A stretch of DNA of 64,000 nucleotides from NCBI GenBank assembly GCA_018402255.1, contig JAGYIS010000005.1, positions 286,153 through 350,152 on the forward strand, in the 5' to 3' direction. Below the pieces are notes generated by a model, which saw only the letters and a program-made list of their open reading frames with translations, searched no databases and was not told the origin of the DNA. Each line of letters begins with the position of its first letter. Position 1 is the stretch's first letter. The translations under genes and the position numbers were made by a program. Shown here piece by piece: positions 59,837-64,000 of this stretch. The DNA comes from Marinobacter sp. (GTDB lineage Bacteria > Pseudomonadota > Gammaproteobacteria > Pseudomonadales > Oleiphilaceae).

Positions 59837-60466
59837 ATGAAATTAGAAGTCCGAGGTGTAGACGAAGGGCAGCCAATTCCCGAGCAGTTCGCGTTTGGTG
59901 TGTTCAATGAGCAGGATCACATGAGTTTTGGTCCCAACCGGAATCCTGAACTGTTCTGGGAGGATGTGCCGGAGGGTACCAAAAGTTTTGCTGTGATCAT
60001 GTTCGACCCTGATGTGCCGAGTGTTGCCGACGACGTCAACCAGGAAGGCAAAACGGTATCGAAAGATCTGCCCCGTGTGGACTTCTTCCACTGGTTGCTG
60101 GTGGATGTGCCTGCCAATATCAGCCGCATTCCCGAAGGCGAGGACAGCGACGGCGTGATCCCCAAGGGCAAGGAGTACGGGGCAGCCAGCATTGGGGTCC
60201 GGGGTATTAACAACTACACTCAATTTTTGGCTGGCAACCCGGACATGGCCGGTACTTACGCAGGCTATGACGGCCCTTGCCCACCCTGGAACGATGAAAT
60301 CCTGCACCACTATCACTTCGAGGTACACGCGCTGGATGTCGACAGCCTTGGCCTGGACGGTGAGTTTGACGGCAACGACGTGCGCAAGGCCATGGCCGGA
60401 CACGTGCTGGCCAGTGCCCGAGTGACCGGTACCTATACCTTGAACCCGGATTTGCGCGAAGTCTGA
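59837..60466 (+). CDS. YbhB/YbcL family phosphatidylethanolamine-binding (Raf kinase inhibitor-like) protein
   Basis: FDPDVPS, FHWLLVDVP and GYDGPCPPWNDEILHHYHFEVHALD are PEBP signatures. Confidence 0.85.
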   Translation: MKLEVRGVDEGQPIPEQFAFGVFNEQDHMSFGPNRNPELFWEDVPEGTKSFAVIMFDPDVPSVADDVNQEGKTVSKDLPRVDFFHWLLVDVPANISRIPEGEDSDGVIPKGKEYGAASIGVRGINNYTQFLAGNPDMAGTYAGYDGPCPPWNDEILHHYHFEVHALDVDSLGLDGEFDGNDVRKAMAGHVLASARVTGTYTLNPDLREV

Positions 60467-60567
60467 GGTTTGGCACCGGTCACGCAATTGTCGTTTCCCT
60501 GTCATCCACGCGTCACCTGGCATTGGCAAGGTGAAGTCTGCCAGAAGGCGGACCGACGGGAGACGAC

Positions 60568-61419
60568 ATGCGGACTTGCCGAAGTGTTTTCATATCAGAC
60601 GTGCACCTGGGAACGGCCGATTGCCAGGCCGAATACCTGCTGGATTTCCTGAACAATGTGTCCTGCCAAACGTTGTACCTGGTGGGTGATATTGTCGATC
60701 TGATTGCCATGCAACGGCGCGTCTGCTTTCCCGCTTCGCACCAGGCGGTTATCCAGAAACTCCTCGATCTGGCCGCAGGCAGCACTCGCGTGGTCTATGT
60801 GCCGGGCAACCACGATGACTTCTTTCGTCGGTTTTGTGGTCAAACCATCAACGGTGTCGAGTTGCTGCATAAAGCAGTGCACACCACAGCCGATGGTCGC
60901 CGCTTCATGGTTTGTCATGGTGATCAGTTTGACCAGGTAGTGCGCTGCAGCCCGCTCATGCTGCTGGTGGGTGATCGTGCCCACGGATTTCTGTTGCGCA
61001 TGAACCGCTGGTTTAATGCGGTTCGCCGCCTGCAAGGAAAGCCTTATTGGTCACTGGCTGCCTGGGTCAAGAGCCGGATAGGCAAGGCCCGTACCTTTAT
61101 CCGCCGGTTTGAGCTGGCGGCACTGACCGCTGCGGAAAAGGGCCATTACGATGGCTTTATCTGCGGTCATATCCACTCTGCCGGGTTTCTGCGCAGTGAA
61201 GACGGCCTCTATTGCAATGATGGCGACTGGGTGGAGCACTGCACCGCGTTGATTGAACAGATGGATGGCCGCCTGGAGCTGTTGCACTGGTCCGAATCGC
61301 CAGTGACGCTCTGCCGTGAGCCAGAAACGCCCAACCCGGAATTATCGGGCGATGCCCGGCCGGTGATTGATGTCCTGCCTGCTGCTTTTCTTGAGCAGTT
61401 CAGTGGCCCTGCCCGTTAG
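60568..61419 (+). CDS. LpxH-like metallophosphoesterase (UDP-2,3-diacylglucosamine diphosphatase family)
   Basis: FISDVHLG, LVGDIVD, VPGNHD and CGHIH are calcineurin-like phosphoesterase motifs in LpxH order. It is longer than classical LpxH. Confidence 0.75.
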   Translation: MRTCRSVFISDVHLGTADCQAEYLLDFLNNVSCQTLYLVGDIVDLIAMQRRVCFPASHQAVIQKLLDLAAGSTRVVYVPGNHDDFFRRFCGQTINGVELLHKAVHTTADGRRFMVCHGDQFDQVVRCSPLMLLVGDRAHGFLLRMNRWFNAVRRLQGKPYWSLAAWVKSRIGKARTFIRRFELAALTAAEKGHYDGFICGHIHSAGFLRSEDGLYCNDGDWVEHCTALIEQMDGRLELLHWSESPVTLCREPETPNPELSGDARPVIDVLPAAFLEQFSGPAR

Positions 61420-61494
61420 CCGGGCTGGGTAAACTGGAGAACAGCCCCCGGTGAATGACCTTAGCGAGGCCAAGGCACTTGTTAAGGAGCGTTT

Positions 61495-61623
61495 ATGATT
61501 CCTCGTACTGGCGTATTTCTTTGTCTCATGACCGTGAGCATGATGATCAGTGCTGCTGAAGGCCTGATCTCGATGCGGAGCCCGCACACAGCAGCGGCGC
61601 CAGCTCGATTGGCGAGTCTTTGA
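61495..61623 (+). pseudogene. possible 5' remnant of a DUF302-type secreted protein gene (42 codons)
   Basis: AAGGAG lies 5 nt upstream of the ATG. It has a signal peptide (MIPRTGVFLCLMTVSMMISAAE) followed by GLISMRSPH, which resembles the DUF302 N-terminus. The ORF ends after 42 codons and no other frame continues it. Confidence 0.3.
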
Positions 61624-61652
61624 GGCCGACCGACCTGCTCATTATCTTGTTC

Positions 61653-62837
61653 CTACGCTGTCCAGGTTTGGCCAACCAGCGCTTCAATGTCTCTGAGAAT
61701 ATCCGGAGCATCAACTACTCGCGCCAGCCAGCTCAAGGGAATGCCGCATTCACCACCCACGCCATGAATGGCCGCCATGGCCGGCCCGATGATCCACGCC
61801 CGGCCACAGGAATCGCCGCCGCAGAGAATGTTGGCTCGCACGGCCTCGGTATAGCTTTTGGCGTGCGCAAGAATGTGGAAGATCACCGGCATGGCCTCGT
61901 GCAGGTAGCAGGTGCGGCCGTGGCGATCACCGGCCCCAACCGCATCCAGACCCTTTCCGGACCTTGCCCTGGTGAGGCTGTCCGGGTCCGGCGCTTGTGA
62001 CGTGGCGGCTTCCAGTGCCATTGGCATGGCCTGACCTTGATAGAGCTTGTCCAGTAGCGTTGCAGCGCACTTGGCCCAGGCCACCGCGTCATCGTTGTGA
62101 TTGGTTGCCCGCACCGCCATTTCTGTTTGCTTCAGTAGGTCATCGCTACCGCAATAACAGGCCACTAGCGGTGACAGCTTCGAGACGGCGGGTAGTTGCA
62201 TGTCGTCAGCACCACTCTCAAGAATCAGATGCCGATCGATGAATTCGGCAATGTGAACACCGGCGTCCTGAATTTCCGGTTCCTGGTAGGTGAGGTTTAT
62301 GGCTTTGCGCACGGGCGCTGCCAGTTGATCGCCGCTCAGATAGCGGGTGTAGGGCAGCACCTTCTGCACCAGTATTCGCTGCTGTTGGTTGGTGAGCGTG
62401 GTTTTGGTGGTTGAAAGGGCTTGCTGAATCGCGTTCTGCTCGATGTCATCAAGGTTGGCCAGGGTTAACCGGGTCGGGTTGTCGATGTAGCCCTGCCATT
62501 GGCCGCCAGGCCCAAAAAACTGGCGAAACTGGCGCTGGTAATCGCGGACGCTGAGCCCGCCGCTGTTGGCCAGGAGGCTCTTGGTCAGCACGCCTGTTGC
62601 TGCGCCGTAGTGGCTGACGTCACCGATCTGTTTGCCCTCGTGAGCGAAATATCCGAAGCCACCGGTGTAGTAGTCGGCTTTGGGTGGGAGGAACTCCGGG
62701 CTCTGGCCACCGATTTCCTCAATTCGCTTGCTGTCGTAGAGCCAGTGCAGGCCGAGGCTGGCGGCGTCTGCCACCCAGCCTCCGGCCAGGGCATTGACCG
62801 GTCGAAAATGATCTGAAGAGGTCACCAACTTGTTCAT
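61653..62837 (-). CDS. ADP-ribosylglycohydrolase family protein
   Basis: N-terminal ALAGGWVADAASLGLHWLYD and C-terminal GGDSCGRAWIIGPAMAA, the Asp/Gly-rich metal-binding segments of the ARH/DraG fold. Confidence 0.8.
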   Translation of the reverse strand: MNKLVTSSDHFRPVNALAGGWVADAASLGLHWLYDSKRIEEIGGQSPEFLPPKADYYTGGFGYFAHEGKQIGDVSHYGAATGVLTKSLLANSGGLSVRDYQRQFRQFFGPGGQWQGYIDNPTRLTLANLDDIEQNAIQQALSTTKTTLTNQQQRILVQKVLPYTRYLSGDQLAAPVRKAINLTYQEPEIQDAGVHIAEFIDRHLILESGADDMQLPAVSKLSPLVACYCGSDDLLKQTEMAVRATNHNDDAVAWAKCAATLLDKLYQGQAMPMALEAATSQAPDPDSLTRARSGKGLDAVGAGDRHGRTCYLHEAMPVIFHILAHAKSYTEAVRANILCGGDSCGRAWIIGPAMAAIHGVGGECGIPLSWLARVVDAPDILRDIEALVGQTWTA

Positions 62838-62867
62838 AACCAGGCTCCTTTCGGTGCGCTTTAATTC

Positions 62868-63539
62868 TCATCGATTCAGTTGTAGCCAACGGGCAAGGCG
62901 TGAGCCAGGGTGACGGCTGATCGCCCAGGGCAGCCAGATCATGATGGTCAGGATCGCCAGCGCAGCAAACACCGTGAGCACTGGGTTGAGCTTGAAAGTG
63001 TTCCCCAGGCCTGCAAACACCAAGGTCATCGGTAGCATGCCAACAAGCGTTGCGCCCGCAAAACGCCAGGCGCGGATGGCTGTCACGCCCGCTACGTAGC
63101 TGATAAGGGCAAAGGAGAATAGCGGGATAAGCCGGGTCAGCAGTATTGCAATGGTCAAAAATCGCTGTGATCCATCCCTGGCAAGCACCGGATTATCCGG
63201 GAAGCGCCTGCAAATCGACTCACGACCCAGTAATCTGGCAATCCAGAACGCCGCCAGTGCTCCGATAAGTGCGCCTGTGGCTGCGATGATGGTCCCGTTC
63301 ACCAGGCCAAAGGCCAGTCCTGCCGTTGCAGTGACGGGCAGCGTAGGAATCGGCCCAACCACCACAGCAATCACCATCACCAACATGAGCAGAAGTGGTC
63401 CGGCCGCCCCCTGACTCCTGAGCCAGATTGAGAGAGAATCCGTAGAAAAATTGGTAGGCATACCCAAGCTCTGCAGCAACCACCAGGCTCCCGCCAGAGC
63501 AACAACAACCACGAATACCACGGCAATTCGGAATATCAT
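62868..63539 (-). CDS. TVP38/TMEM64 (DedA-related) family membrane protein
   Basis: The 223-aa protein has 5-6 TM helices and a re-entrant-type GPIPTLPVTATAGLAFG segment typical of the family. Confidence 0.8.
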   Translation of the reverse strand: MIFRIAVVFVVVVALAGAWWLLQSLGMPTNFSTDSLSIWLRSQGAAGPLLLMLVMVIAVVVGPIPTLPVTATAGLAFGLVNGTIIAATGALIGALAAFWIARLLGRESICRRFPDNPVLARDGSQRFLTIAILLTRLIPLFSFALISYVAGVTAIRAWRFAGATLVGMLPMTLVFAGLGNTFKLNPVLTVFAALAILTIMIWLPWAISRHPGSRLARWLQLNR

Positions 63540-63825
63540 TCATCAACCTTTTTCAATGTGCCGCCAGTATACTCATCCCGCGTTTTATCGTCCTTATTGA
63601 CAGGGTGTCCCCCACCTTCGGCCTTTGTTGGGTGACGCTCAAGCTGAGTTACTTGATGTCTGCCCGTCTGATTTAGTGGCTGGTTGCTTTTTATTGTTTC
63701 GGGATTGGTAAGACTTCCGGTATTCTGTAGCAATTGCTCAAATATAGTTCAAGGATGACGGAACAGAGTGTTTGTGATCGTGTCTTGGCTATACCAGCGT
63801 ATTGGTTTACACACTTCTTACAGGC

Positions 63826-64000
63826 ATGGATATGAATCGCAGCAAGCTTTTACTTCTTCTGATTATCGCCGCCATCGTGGGGATATTTCTTGGTCTCGAC
63901 GGTCACCAATTGCTGACCCTGGAAAACCTGCAAGCTCACCAGAGCGCAATCGGACAGTGGATAGACCAGAATCTGATCTTGGCGGTCACCGGTTACGCCG
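63826..64000 (+). CDS. TVP38/TMEM64-type membrane protein, N-terminal fragment (continues past the window end)
   Basis: MDMNRSKLLLLLIIAAIVGIFLGLDGHQLLTLENLQAHQSAIGQWIDQNL... is open to the window edge. This N-terminus resembles TVP38 domains, including those fused to FAD-dependent oxidoreductases. Confidence 0.55.
   Translation, partial: MDMNRSKLLLLLIIAAIVGIFLGLDGHQLLTLENLQAHQSAIGQWIDQNLILAVTGYA

Noticed and set aside
61653-62837. The ADP-ribosylglycohydrolase as the antitoxin or immunity half of an ADP-ribosyltransferase toxin system.
   Set aside because: No ART-fold or toxin-like ORF is adjacent. The neighbours are a TVP38 membrane protein gene and a gene remnant.
63536-63733. A 65-aa minus-strand ORF whose stop overlaps the TVP38 gene start.
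   Set aside because: It needs a TTG start with no SD and has no internal Met. It lies in the AT-rich divergent promoter region and has a low-complexity hydrophilic composition.

Overview
This is a gene-dense chromosomal segment of a GC-rich gammaproteobacterium. The aa3 cytochrome oxidase assembly cluster ordered as in Pseudomonas, an OprI-type lipoprotein, a monomeric isocitrate dehydrogenase, a TRAP transporter and EctC suggest a marine Marinobacter-like organism, but that is inference only. I can support about 60 protein genes, one tRNA-Gly(CCC), several intrinsic terminators and a few operator or promoter candidates. I see no rRNA, CRISPR array, transposase, integrase or prophage genes. 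Left to right the window holds the coxC 3' end and the oxidase assembly genes (SURF1, CtaA, CyoE/CtaB, SCO), then hrpB, an ATP-grasp plus ornithine/lysine decarboxylase pair, and a minus-strand string DUF2868, GTPase, solitary ectC, MFS, Gcr-type membrane protein. Next comes a sigma-54 activator followed by a TRAP transporter, bdhA and acetoacetyl-CoA synthetase unit, then icd, ybaK, a PAS-GGDEF protein and a serine hydrolase. After that are a 7TMR-DISM hybrid histidine kinase with a coupled 4-TM protein and a CheY-like receiver, a coding-poor island, a DEDDh exonuclease, queCE, and a WYL regulator plus ExeM nuclease pair. The right end carries MarR/MFS efflux genes, NfeD-SPFH, oprI with a YafK-like L,D-transpeptidase, nhaP2, ndh, TetR/PEBP/LpxH-like genes and an ADP-ribosylglycohydrolase with TVP38/DedA-type genes. 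The window looks like core genome and I found no clear new multi-gene system. The most unusual items are listed here. (1) Six single-base indels break five conserved genes (acetoacetyl-CoA synthetase, icd, the hybrid kinase twice, an L,D-transpeptidase). This pattern suggests sequence-quality problems rather than gene decay and needs read-level checking. (2) There is a complete predicted sigma-54 circuit: an 18-bp perfect palindrome, a repeated half-site and a -24/-12 promoter in front of a ketone-body uptake and catabolism operon. (3) A ~570-bp island at 38970-39540 has no convincing CDS but carries two opposed intrinsic terminators, a 29-codon ORF and a triple TTCGTA repeat. (4) A 109-bp MITE/REP-like element has 26-bp inverted arms. 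(5) Several uncharacterised conserved gene pairs stand out: DUF2868 with a membrane GTPase, WYL with a secreted nuclease, solitary ectC with an MFS gene, and TVP38 with an ADP-ribosylglycohydrolase. All family assignments come from reading the translations and motifs. No database search was run.
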